This document shows positions 1-14,386 of a stretch of DNA of 64,000 bases, piece after piece; the stretch's first letter is position 1; each line of letters begins with the position of its first letter. The notes under the pieces were generated by a model that saw nothing but the letters and a program-made list of their open reading frames with translations, had not been told where the DNA came from and did no database searches. Position numbers and translations under genes: made by a program. This DNA comes from Eledone cirrhosa (taxonomy: Eukaryota): the NCBI GenBank assembly GCA_964016885.1, contig OZ024742.1, positions 142,166,001-142,230,000 on the forward strand, read 5' to 3'.

Positions 1-99
<99 letters not shown>

Positions 100-139
100 T
101 ATGTATATATATATATACGTATATATATATATGCATATA

Positions 140-631
140 TAGAAAGATTGAAGAATAACATGGTCAACAGTACAAAAAAGGGGTTTTATTTACAGTCTAA
201 CAATTGTTTCACTGATTAAGTTGTCTAAAAATTGCTGAACACTTCAAGCTGTGCCACTCAATTTTAAATACGTTGATAGCTTAACAAGATCATCAGAGAA
301 ACTGTTAAAATATGTTCAGTTTTCACGAATTCAAATTACAACAACATTAATAATAAAGATAGAGAGATAGAGAGAAAAAAAGAAAGAAAAAGGAGAAAGG
401 AAAAAGAGAAAGATATATAGAAAAAAGACAGAGAGAAAAGAGGATAGAAAGAGAAGAAAAAAAGGATAAAGAAAAAATAATACAGGTAAAGAAAAACAGA
501 AATAAAGGGGAAAATAATGATATCAACAATAAATGAATAAATGCTAATAAACAAGTTACATCGAGGATGATACAAAACAATACAAAATATGAAAATAAAT
601 TAAAAAAATAAAAAATATATACCACATATCT
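140..631 (-). mobile_element. Probable PLE 3' UTR/pLTR fused in inverted orientation to the 5'-truncated PLE at 632; degenerate HHR-like motif at ~192-252
   Basis: Abuts (TA)n. The minus strand has GAAA-CAATTG-TT (palindromic loop 3) but a degenerate core (TTGAAGT). Purine skew resembles other PLE UTRs in the window. Confidence 0.45.
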
Positions 632-1918
632 TGCATAAGGAATTTGATAACCTACAGGGAGGAATTTATAGAGACGATACATTACTTTTAGCTAAAAACC
701 TAAATAATCAAAACTTAGAAAGATTACGAAAAAAGATTAGAACATTCTTCAATAAATTAGGCCTAAACATCACTTTTGAACTCAACTCTAAAAAAGCTAA
801 CTTCTTAGATGTATCACTTAACCTAGACACAGGTCTGGTCTAATAGAACCCTTCCATAAAAATAACGAAAATCTAGCTTAAATTAATTATAACTCTAATC
901 ACCCTCGCTCCATAATTAACTCCATAGCACATAGTATATCCCTTAGAATTTCGCGCTTATCTTCTAATCTAGAGATTGTTAACCAACACGCTAACTACTA
1001 CAACATAGCTTTACTTAAGGCAGGCCATAAAGAGAGACTCAAATACATACCAGATACAAAACATAACAACACATTTAACAGAAATAACACTATCCACACT
1101 ATAGAAGCAACAAATCTAGGACTAAACATAGAAATTGGCAACAAGCACCAGAATTAATTGAACCGAATTCTAATATAAGGACCACTAGAAACTATAGAAG
1201 ATGCAGAGATAGAAAATACTTATTGTTCAATCCAATATTTAACTCCTCTATAAAAACAAAACTACCTTATACTTTCTTTAAATTAGTTGACAAAGACATC
1301 CCTAAACTTCATTAAATACCATAAAATCTTTAATAGAAATACTATCAAACTATCTTACTCCACTGCCAACAACATAGAATCGCACATACATAAGATGAAC
1401 TATAAGAGAATTTCTAATACAAGTAAGAACACATCACGACAATACATCAACAAACCCAATTCTCAGCCCATACATAACAACATACAAAACCGTATCGCGG
1501 AACCGGCACATAGGAAAGTATCAAAATGTAACTGTCATCTGCCTGATAAATGCCCATTATAAAATAGATGCCTGGAGTCAAATATAGTGTACCTATGTAC
1601 TATAAATTCAGGCAACTTAGTATGGCACCACATAGGTTCGACAGCGGGGGAGTTCAAGAAAATGTGGTATGTCCACAGACACTCTATAAATAACAGGAAG
1701 CTTATGAATACAACGACGTTCGCCAATAAAATCTGGCAGCTCAAAGATACAAACCAGGAATACAGAATCAGGTGGATGAAGTTATAAAAGGCAATTGCCT
1801 ATAGAATTGGCATGTCCCAGTGTGGTCTTTGTAATATGGAACTATTCCAAATTTTAAAATACAACAAAATGCTACTTAACAGCAAAATTGAACGAACTAT
1901 TTTTTTGTAGGCATCTTT
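632..1918 (+). mobile_element. 5'-truncated, decayed Naiad-like Penelope-like element (RT C-half + GIY-YIG endonuclease)
   Basis: ORF fragments GGIYRDD...NFLDVSLNL, IFNRNTIKLSYST, CNCHLPDKCPL, HIGSTAGEFK. Stops and frameshifts. Clearly homologous to the ORF at 2577-4937. Confidence 0.9.
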
Positions 1919-1919
1919 A

Positions 1920-4900
1920 GTAGTTACACAGCCTAGTCATGCAATATGCAAATTAGTAGTTATTAATTTGCAGATACTCAATTTTCAAATGCTGCTCGTA
2001 CCACCAAATCGTCAAAACGAATGGTTGAATCATGGTTTCTTTATATTTCTTAAAGGGAGTAATTTGGGAAGATAGAGTAGAAAAGGAAGAAAGAAAGAAA
2101 GGGAGAGGGAGAGATAGATATGTAGAGGTAGAAGAAATGGGAGAGAGAGGTTTGAAGAATACAGATACCTTACTCTGAATGCTGTGACAGGGGTCCAACA
2201 AGTGGTTTTATTATACGGCTTAACTCTCAAAGTGACAACTTAGGCATTGTGTCGATAGTATCAAATTTGGAATTATTTATTGCCACAGAGAGCAGGTTAA
2301 TAGATGTAGAGAAGGAGGTAGATAGACAGAGAGCGAGAGAGAGAGAAAGAAAGAGAGAAAGAGAAAGAGAGAGAGGGGAGACAGAAAAAAGTTAAGAGGA
2401 GGGGAAGGAAAGGCGATATACACCGAGTTGATAGTTGTAGTTTGCTGATCGTACTTAAGTATGTATTTATTACGATAAGCAAGGTACTGGTTAGTAGTGG
2501 AGGGGGATATAGTTAGGAAGTAAGTTATGAGTTAACTTAGTTAGCGAGAAAGTGGTGTGATAGTCTCTGGTTCAAATTATGTTAAGTTATTTTTATAGTG
2601 AGAAAATTTAGCCTTCAGTTTGTGGTTGCAGTATAACGATCGTTCGATTCTGTCATTTAGTAAATTGCTTTTAGATTTCAACATATAAAAAAGTTCAAGG
2701 TTGCATAATCTGCAGTATTTTAATCCACTCCGATATGCACTAGCGCTGGATAATTTATACCATTTTAGAGTGGACTGCCAGTTGTATTCATGGAGTTGCC
2801 ATGTCTTATTAGCGAGTGTAGTTACATAACGGTGTTCAGGATGTTTAATCGAAAATCGATGACGATACCAGCGTGATTTAAAGGAGGTAGTAGTAGACCC
2901 GACGTAATACCATTTCTGGTCGTTTGATTCGACAGTGCATTGATAAAAATGTTGGACTCCAGGCATTTATTCTTCAATGGACATCTCTCGGGTAGGTGGC
3001 AATTACAGTTATTGTTACGGGTAACAACTGTACCATGGATAGGTTGGGATAACAGTACAGGTGGGTTGTGTAATACCCGTTTCTCATTTGGCGGTTGGGA
3101 AGTTGATATTACGTTATGCCCACCTGTGTCTAAAATATTTTGTTTTGTAGTGTTGTTTAATAATCGCTTTAAGTTAAGTTTTTTTATGTGTGCTTCTAGG
3201 TTTGGTGCAGTGGAGTATGATAGTTTAATAGTCTTAGAGTTTAGAATTGTACTGTATTTATGGGAATTAGGGAAATGCCTGTTAATTAACTTAAAGAATA
3301 AAAGAGATAGTTTTGTACTAATCGAAGCATTAAAAATTGGATTATACCAGACATACTTCCTGCAACGTAATTTACTTGAGTTTGGTGATGATTTTCTATT
3401 ATTAGTATGTCTGGTGGTACTACCTGTGTGTGTTTGTATGCCTGTGCCCCGGTTACATATTCTTCGATTCTGTGTGTTGCTATATGTGCTCTGGTGATTC
3501 TTATCAATGTATTCTATTTTATCCCGGTGGTCAGCATTCCCCAGTGTGTTATTATAGTATTCTGCATGTTCACTGAAAATCTGAGAGTTAGACGATAGGT
3601 GAGATATTCTAAGAGAAATACTACGAGGAAACGATTTAATCATGGAAAGTGGGTGATTCGAGTTGTAATTAATGTAGGTAAGGTTCTCGTTTATTTTGTG
3701 GAAGGATCGTATCAATCCTGTGTTCAAATTAAGATTTACGTCTAGAAAATTCGCTTCTTTAAGATTGTACTCATACGTTATTTTCAGACCCAGTTCGCTA
3801 AAAGATTTCCTAATGTTTTTGCGTAGCCTTTCTATATTCTGGTAATTTAAATTATTAACTAATAGAAGCGCGTCGTCTCTATATATTCCCCCCTGTCGAT
3901 TATTAAATTGTCCATGTAGTATGTGGGCTATGTAAATTCCCACAAGATCCGTGACCTCCACCGAATCATTAGAGCCCATGGTAATGTCGAAGTTAGTGGG
4001 TCTATCCTTACGCTCCCAGTAGCAGTTATCAAATTTGATAATAGTTTTCCTAGCCTCTAGAATAATATTAATTTCGTCCTCCGTTAGGTCTGAATTGACC
4101 TTGGCAAACGATAGGGCCTTACGTAAAGTACTGGGTGAGATCGAAGAGTAGTATTCATCTATATCGAATTGTATAAACTCAGACTTACTCTTGTTATTAA
4201 CGTTATTAAACCAGCGGATTGCTTCGCTAGTGTTGCCCCATAATTTAATTTCTATTTTCTTTTTCAATTGAGTTATTACGCTGTCTAGTATATGCTTGCT
4301 AATTTTTCCTATGTCTGATTTAGAAGGGCATATAAGTCTAATCTTGGGGTTAGAGTTAAAATTTACCTTATGGTCCTTCAGGTTAAAGGTGGGGGTAGCG
4401 GGTATAATCGGCTCGGTTCTATCGTCCATCTCCAGATTTTTCACTATTTTATATGCTTCGTTATTAATGTTCGTTAGTGCAGTTTCATTAGTTTTTTCTG
4501 TACTTCTTACGTATGAAACTGTTCTTTACGTATGAAACTGTTGTATGTATCGATATCCATGGTATACACATTAGAGGTCTCATCTGCTTTAACAACAATT
4601 CCTTTGGTATTTTGCAGTCTTCCGAGTAGTGCTTTCATGTCGTTCTGCAGCGCATTCCTCCTATGTTTAGTAAACTTGATCTCCATGATCGTATTCATCA
4701 AGTCTTGTTCGAAAGCATCGAGTTGAGGGTTAGTGGGTGGGTTTTTACATGATCCAAAGCTATATGATTCATTGTTTGATCCAAACGAGTGACTTGCACG
4801 TCCTTTATCGAAATAGAAAGCTTCCATCTTACGCGCCGAATAAAATCGTTAGTACGTTGTATCATACCAAGAATGTATTCCCTTTTGGTGGGTATAGGTA

Positions 4901-5043
4901 TGTTTTTAAGTGACATACCTATATGATGCCTTTCCATATTAGTACCGTATGTCGGTGTGGTTGCTCAACTGTGTAGGAGGCGATTATTAGGTTATGCAAG
5001 AAATGCTTAGGATTATGCTGAATGCAGTAATGGTTGATTACTA

Positions 5044-5045
<2 letters not shown>
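1920..5045 (-). mobile_element. Near full-length Naiad-like PLE; RT-EN ORF 4937->2577 broken by about 3 frameshifts
   Basis: N-terminal MSLKNIPIP...FIRRVRWK, VKADETSNVY, LKDHK..NPKIRLICPSKSDIG, FDIDEYY, FDITMGS, GGIYRDD, CNC...CPL linker, YYVGST..FKSRW..H, CRLC..E, CNH. A ~21-bp tandem duplication near 4505-4543 disrupts the frame. Confidence 0.95.
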
Positions 5046-5097
<52 letters not shown>

Positions 5098-5101
<4 letters not shown>

Positions 5102-7149
5102 ATTAAAATACTGGAGCGTGTTGGAGTTAAACACTCTCTTCGTATTATAGAAATGACAGTAAAAGGTATAGCTCAATGTAATTAAACAGAGCCGAAGAAT
5201 TATGAAAATAAAACAAAGAAGCCTTCAATACATCAAAAGTCTTTATTAGCCAACAATGTTTCGTCCTATTAAGGACTCATCAGGGCAATCAAAACCACAA
5301 GAAGTACTATCGGCCAATACAAGCCGAAAACTCCGAAGAATATGGAGTGTACATACACTACAGTATTGGAAGATTATGGGTAAAAATATATAATAAAAAT
5401 CACTAAAGAGGTGGATAACATTTTGAACCATATTACAAATATAATCCAAAGCAAAAAAAACTAGAGCTAAACAAAGGTAGTTATATAGAGCGGGAATTAT
5501 AGTACTATATATAATACAATATAATATAATATAATATGCTTGTAACAATATTAAAATTAAAATTAAAAGGCACAATATACATATGTATATATGTACGCAC
5601 ACGTACGCACATATACATATACATCAATACACATTTCCATCATTAACAGCACAAATTAAACCTTATTAAGAGTTTAAATATAAATAAGCATAATAGGAAT
5701 AAAAATAATAATAATACGTATATCTAATATACAGTATAACATGAAGTAATGAAATGATTAAAAGTAACACATATAATATATAATAAACTATATAATTATA
5801 TAATATAATATAATAGATAATCTCCGGTTAATTTACACAAACAATATAGATGTCACAATAATACTATAATAATAATATAATAATATATAATGGCATGTAA
5901 GTTAACAAATCAATTCATATAGAGTTACAGAGTAGGTGAGAAAAAAATATAAATTGTACAATACCCAAAATTATGATGGTACAAAAATATAAACATCTTG
6001 CATGATATATAAAATTTAACATATCATAATGGTACATAAAATCAACGGTAAGTAATAAGGATCAATAGTACAATAACAACTTCAATATAAAATAATGAAC
6101 ATAATATAATATATAATTACTTATAATTACAAGGTTGGTAAACAGACACATATGTGAATGAGTGAATAAGGGCCAGACAGAAAATACTATGCACAGTAGT
6201 ATTAATAAATAAATAAATAAAATCAACCGGAAATTAAAAAACAAAAACAAAAGTATTTACTTAGGTCTCACATGCAGTTAAGTAAAAACTTAGGAAACAA
6301 CCCAGATAAATGACTAGAAAACCCTATTTGATAAATTAATATTGAAAATATTTAAAATACCTAATAAGGCAATACAATATTAGCTATGGTTTAAGTAATC
6401 AAAATTCCTAAACATTAATATTTCACTTTAAATATATATATAAAGGAATGAAATATTCTACTATCATTTACATAACGATATCTAAAAAACTGACTTAAGC
6501 AGAATTATGGTAGGCTAATAGGGACAGAAAAAAAGAAATGTATGGAGGATACAAATGAGCATAAAATCATAATCAATATACTGTATTATATAATAGAAAG
6601 GAGCATAAAAGAGGGGGGGGTTAAATATAATCATAATATATTTGAAGGGGTTGGCAATAAGTTTATGTGTGCATGGGGGGGGGGGGTTATCCAAAGAAGA
6701 ATCCAAATAAAATAAAATAAAATGAAATAAAATAAAATAATATAAAATATATAATCAGATATATACTCATAAGGTGTTAATAGTGAAAATTTAATGTGTA
6801 AGAAGATAGATATGGTATAGTAGCCAAAAGATTATGAGAGCTAGAATAAAAAGTTGTCAAAAACCAATGATAATAATGATGATAATAATGGTGGTAAACA
6901 AAAGGAACCTAAACTAAAAAAATAAGTAATGGAATATATCAGCTAATGGATACAATTTACACTACTAGAACCTTTAGGTTTATAATAAAAGTAAGAATTA
7001 GAAATAGCGTGGGGGGCAAGAAGAGAATATCTCAGACTTTCTATTAAGTAAAGATTCACTAGAGAAAATTATAGAGTGTGTCTCGAGGATACAGAGATTA
7101 CAAAATTTAGTATGTGTAGAAAGGTTATTAGAGCGTGCTACTAAACGCC

Positions 7150-7150
<1 letters not shown>
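5098..7150 (-). mobile_element. Long AT-rich PLE 3' UTR/pLTR ending in a hammerhead, upstream of the 4937 ORF
   Basis: Bounded by (TA)n on both sides. Canonical HHR followed by AATAAA near its minus-strand 3' end. No ORF. Confidence 0.6.
5249..5286 (-). ncRNA. Minimal type I hammerhead ribozyme
   Basis: Minus strand: GCC CTGATGA GTCC-TTAATA-GGAC GAAA CATTG TT|GGC, then TAATAAA. Canonical core with a G-C closed stem II. Confidence 0.9.
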
Positions 7151-7213
<63 letters not shown>

Positions 7214-7217
<4 letters not shown>

Positions 7218-7409
7218 CAAAGAAATTATGGTAAGCAACCAGATGGACCATTACGCACCAGATTACTCAATACTTAGGGTAGTAGAGTGGGAAATAGGAA
7301 AAAGTGTGACCCCGACGGAAGAGCTCAAGCCGTTTCGACGGGTATTTCTGGACAGAAATAGCCGTCGAAACGGCTTGAGCTCTGCCGTCGGGGTCACACT
7401 TTTTCCTAT
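7214..7409. mobile_element. Fold-back pLTR remnant, family A ('GAGCTC' loop-3 family)
   Basis: Arms ~7294-7348/7352-7409, flanked by (TA)n. Same sequence as the copies at 30150, 31492, 44816 and 62324. Confidence 0.8.
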
Positions 7410-7723
7410 ATATATATATATATATATATATATGCTCTTACAGAGCATATTATTATACCACATAAGAAACGGAGAATCAGTGGTGCAACGAATTAAAATT
7501 TATTAGACATATTACAATAATTTCTCTGGTGACCATCTCGAGGCACGATCGATGCGATGATCGAACCTGACTCTGAAATCGCAAGATCCTCAGATACGTC
7601 TCGATTCTTTGGAAACTCTGCTTCGGAGAATCGAGACGTATCTGCCAAATTCAAAAAAAAAAAATTTCGCTCTACATGGCTGAATACAATAAATGTAATC
7701 TGAGTTATTTGAATATTAATAAT

Positions 7724-7928
7724 TGTTTCTACTTTAGGCACAAGGCCAGCAATTACCTAGTACATTACTGGTACTTTATTTTATCGACCCCGTAAGGATG
7801 AAAGGCAAAGTTAACCTCGGCGGGATTTGAACTCAGACTGTAAAGGGACGTAACTATGCTAGAACGCATGGCGTCCAACCCTCTACCAATACTGCCAATT
7901 CACCGCCCTTACTGCCAATTCACCGCCC
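7724..7928 (-). mobile_element. tRNA-derived SINE with target-site duplication (TSD) and a duplicated 5' end
   Basis: A box TGGCAGTATTGG, B box GTTCAAATCC, central GCCTTTCATCCTTACGGGGTCGATAAAATAAAGTACC. TSD ttatttgaatattaataat at 7705 and 7929. The 20-mer at 7891-7910 is repeated at 7911-7930. Confidence 0.9.
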
Positions 7929-8255
7929 TTATTTGAATATTAATAATAACATTCGATTCGTTTGCAATTATGCAAACAAGCCTCATTTTTATAGCCATGT
8001 CAGTAGAATGAACACTTCATTCTTGCTCTTTTTTATTTGAATTTGGCAAAGCCGGCCATTTATCGCTCGTATACAGGAAACTGACTGGCCAGTCTGCTGA
8101 TATGTCAATATGGCTGATCAGTGGATCTGCTGATATGCAGTTCTGACTGATCAGCCAGTCTGCTTATATGCAAATCAGGCCGACCAGTCACTGTGTATTT
8201 TTGAAAATAGCATATATTTTCACTAGCTCTGAAAGTTTGGCAGGTGAACAGTGAG

Positions 8256-8299
8256 CTGTACTGATGAAGGGTGATACCCAGAAACATTAGTGTCTGCAG
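8256..8299 (+). ncRNA. Type I hammerhead ribozyme in the 5' pLTR of the Neptune-like PLE
   Basis: CTGTA CTGATGA A-GGGT-GAT-ACCC-A GAAA CATTAGTG TC|TGCAG. 5-bp stem I, GUC triplet, near-palindromic loop 3. Confidence 0.85.
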
Positions 8300-9676
8300 T
8301 TCGGTTTACATGCCAACACACGAACATATTTTTTGTCCTATTTTTGGACAAAACATACGAACATATTTTTTGTCCTATTTTACACGAACATATTTTTTGT
8401 CCTATTATTTTTCCATTTCTTGTTAGTATTATTTTTAACAATCTGGGAAAATGACCTAGGTTTGCTTTCAGGTTTAGATCGTTTTTTCGCCCAGTTTCTT
8501 GTGAGTAATCTCTGTTAAGATCTTGAGAGTGATCTGGTTATTCTACGGTTTGTTTTCTTCCTCGTTCCTTGTGGGTAGTCTCTGTTGAGATCTTGAGAAT
8601 GATCTCCTGGTTTGTCTACTTCTCATGGTATGGTCAAAGAAATATCTATCGTGTTTGTGCTTTTTGTTCATGTTGTGTGCGTTAGGGTGTTTTAAATACT
8701 AACAAGAAATGGAAAAGTAATATACGGAATACCAACAATAGGACAAAAAACATAACGAAACTAAGTATAATATCACGACCAAAAGTTCATCAAGCAAACA
8801 GGAATATAAATCCTGAACAGAGAAAAATCCGTTTTTTTAACGTCAGGACAACAAAAACCGGAAAAAGAAAAACTCCAGGAGGAAATATACCCAAAACAAC
8901 TGAACACGTAGATCCTAAAATAATTAATTTATCCAAAAGAGATCTTGACAATGATGAAATGCAAACTCTGTCAAAAGGACTGAAATTCACACCAACTCCA
9001 ACAGTCAACCACCAAGAACTGAAGGAGGATACCCAAGAATTCTGTCGTAAATTACGACTTGTAGAATTCTTCGTTGATAAAAGTAATGAGAGTGATGAAT
9101 CACTAGTAAAGAATAAATCAAATTTCACTCCGCCAAAAGGAAGAAATATCTATCTCGACCAATACATTGATATCTGTCTAAATTTCCTCTTAGACGTAAT
9201 ACTAATATTAGGCCAAACATTAACAAATCGGAAATGTCTGCAGATAAACGTATACAAAATGATAAAACAATAATAATTAAACAAGCAGATAAAGGGGGTG
9301 CAATTTTTATAATGGATGCTGAATACTACAAAGATAGGGCTGAGGAACAACTGAAAGATACAACATTCTATCATGAATACCGTCAAATATAGACCACAAC
9401 ATCATGAAGAAGATCAACAACCTGGCTTCAAAATACCACAACTCACTTACTGATAATGAAAGAGACTACATCACCAATGTTGAGCCAAAACCCAGCAACC
9501 TATATGGCTTACCGAAAGTTTATATGTCAAAAGAAATCCAACTGGCAGTAAAAGAACAAAAAAGTGAGTACATTAAATTACTACACCCAAAGACTTAAAA
9601 CTTAAACCTATTATAGCTGGTCCAACATGCCCCACCCACAGTCTAAGCAATTTTGTTGACATTATTTTGAAACCAC

Positions 9677-9864
9677 AGGGCGGTGGATTGGCAGTATCGG
9701 TAGAGGCTCGGACGCCATGCTTTGACGCATAGAATTACGGCCCTTGCCATTCTGAGTTCAAATCCCGCCGAGGTTAACTTTGCCTTTCATCCTTACGGGG
9801 TCGATAAAATAAAGTACCAGTAATACACTGGTTAATTGCTGGCCTTGTGCCAAAAGTAGAAACA
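9677..9864 (+). mobile_element. tRNA-derived SINE inserted into the PLE RT
   Basis: Perfect 16-bp TSD attattttgaaaccac (9661-9676 and 9865-9880). A/B boxes present. Confidence 0.95.
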
Positions 9865-11299
9865 ATTATTTTGAAACCACTATGTATTCACATACCCAGT
9901 TTCATCCGGGATGATATCGACTTCCTGTCCCATCTTCCCAAAACCACGGAAACGAATTCACTTCTACTTAGTTTTGATGTGGTTCACATGATTTAGGAAT
10001 AAAGGCTGTTAAATACTGGATGGAAATACATAGAGAAGGGATTCCCACCAGATTCACAGCGCCATTTATATTAGACGCAGTCAGACTTATTCTGGAAAAC
10101 AACACATTCTTCTTCAATGGAAAGAATTACATCCAAATTAGAGGCACAGCGATGGGAACGAAGTTTGCTCCCGTTTACACGAACTCTGTAATGGGATACT
10201 TAGAACAACAACTCTACCAAGAAATAGAGGAAAAGTAAAGCACTGAATTTAGAAAGTACATTGAAAAGTCTTGGAAGAGATACCTTGACGATTGTTTCAT
10301 CATCTGGACAGAATCTCTAGATACTCTGGATGAGTTCAATATCCTCCTGAATAACCTACACCCATCTCTTCAATTCACCATTCCTAGATATAATTGTAAT
10401 AAAAAACGACACCACTATTGCCACGGATATATACTATAAACACACAGACACCCATCAATATCTGAATTTTAAGTCGTGCCATCCACCTCATACAAAACGC
10501 AACATCCCATACTGCCTAGCCAGAAGAATTTGTACCATTGTAGAAGATACGAATACCAGGAACAAACGCCTAACAGAACTGAGAGAATTTTTGCTCAAAC
10601 AAAAATGCCCATCTCTACTTATAGAAAATGGCACACAGCGGGCTATAAAAATACCTATACAACAAGTTAGGACAACCCAAGGAAGAAGAAACCAAGAACA
10701 GGTCATACCATTTATAATGACACACAACCCATGTCACCAGAATATCTTCAACACTACCAAAGCAAACCTACCGATCGTTGCTCAAAGTAATGAATTAAAA
10801 GGTTTAATGACAGACCGATATTTGACTCTTAGTAGAAGACAGCCGAAAAATTTGAAGCAATTACTAACAAAGGCAAAGTTTGACCTTAACAACAAAAAAC
10901 AATCATTCACTGTATCTAAATGCAATGATAGTCGATGTGGCACATGTCAATCCATACACGCTGGTCAATATATGAACACAAACACTGGAAAAATATTCCC
11001 AAATGCAAATATGAACTGCAAAAGCAGAAATCTAATTTACTGCATTAAATGCCCGAATTATGAAGAACTATATGTCGGTCAAACTGGAAATGCACTATCG
11101 GAACGTGCACGGGAGCACCGACAGCAAATCAGAGACCCAAATGTCCGTCAGATACCCCTGAGTAACCATCTAGCAACATGTGGTCAGAAAATATTTATAA
11201 TATTTCCATTCTACAAATTACACAGCCCAAGTGAAATCAAGAGAAAAATTAAAGAAAAGAATTTTATTGATAAATTCCAACCCAAGCTAAATGAACAAT

Positions 11300-11488
11300 A
11301 ATAATTGTTTCTACTTTTGGCACAAGGCCAGTAATTATCCAGTACATTACTGGTACTTTATTTTATCGACCCCGTAAGGATGAAAGGCAAAGTTAACCTC
11401 GACGGGATTTGAACTCAGACCGTAAAGGGACGTAACTATGCTAGAAAGCATGGCTTCCAACCCTCTACCGATACTGCCAATTCACCGA
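11300..11488 (-). mobile_element. tRNA-derived SINE
   Basis: Same family as 7724 and 9677. Lies immediately after the PLE stop codon. Confidence 0.9.
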
Positions 11489-12046
11489 ATGCTTAGGTGT
11501 ATTACTCCTACTATGACTACGTCTACGACCATGTCGACTACCACCACTAACAACACCAACAACAACGATAATAATAATAAAAGTGATGTTGGTGGTGATG
11601 ATTACTGTAGATTTTTTATAAAAACCCTAGAAAATGCTATTTTCATCATTTCTAAAAATTGCAAAACAATTGATTCATTGGATAGGGTCAAATAGAAGTC
11701 GTTAGACATGCTCAACCAACCGTGACGCCTAAACCAATCAGCTTTAGTAATCTAGTGAAACTACACACCGATTGGTCGAAATACAGTTTGCAAAACTTAA
11801 CATTCTGTAGCCCCTTTTTACTGTATACAAGGCACAGAATTTACCCATCTTATTACAGTTGAAAATTGCAAACTTGACTGTCACCAGTGAACATGAACCT
11901 AAATATTGCGAAAGCATGAAAGTACTTGTTCAATTAACACTTAACATTTAATATTGTACCATACTATTTCATTATAATATCATTATAATTTGAAAGGATT
12001 GTAAATAAAACGAGTAAATCAGACATAGTTGGAATTCCTTTTATTA

Positions 12047-12087
<41 letters not shown>

Positions 12088-12094
<7 letters not shown>

Positions 12095-12535
12095 ATGCTT
12101 TGGGAGGGTCATGTTGCCAATAAGAAACACACGCACCAGTTGCTTTCACTCCAATTTATTATAAATTAAATTTATAAATTTAAGAATTTATAAATTTCCG
12201 GTTGGTTGGTTGGTTCCACAGCCGGACGGTTATTCATATATTGTCAAAGTTAGGCACAAAAACAAAGAAAAGAATCCCCAGTCACTGAAGAGGTCACAGA
12301 ATGTGTGACGAAAGAACTTTGACAATATATGAACAACCGTCCGGTTGTGGAACCAACCAACCAACCGGAAATTTATAAATTCTTAAATTTATGAATTTTA
12401 TTTATAATAAATTAGAGTGAAGGCAACTGGTGCGTGTGTTTCTTATTAGCAACATGACCCTCCCAAAGCATAACAATATCGGTTTCAACACACGTTTTCA
12501 GATAAAGAATCTTGCTAAACAAATTCATAAACGTA
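12088..12535. mobile_element. Fold-back pLTR element (family B) with an HHR in the spacer
   Basis: ~165-bp arms 12088-12251/12315-12479, between (TA)n tracts. Related sequence at 35190-35345 and 63320-63815. Confidence 0.8.
12281..12323 (+). ncRNA. Hammerhead-like motif
   Basis: GTCA CTGAAGA G-GTCAC-AGAATGT-GTGAC GAAA GAAC TT|TGAC. Stems I and II pair; loop 3 is very short and not palindromic. Confidence 0.6.

Positions 12536-14386
<1,851 letters not shown>

Larger units (their letters stand above)
8250..11301 (+). mobile_element. Decayed, near full-length Neptune-like PLE (RT + Cys-rich linker + GIY-YIG)
   Basis: LSKGLKFTPTP, KQADKG, LYGLPKV, QIRGTAMGTKFAP, RYLDDCF, KCNDSRCGTC, NLIYCIKC..LYVGQT..LSER..EH, PKLN. 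HHR in the 5' leader. Interrupted by a SINE. Confidence 0.9.
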
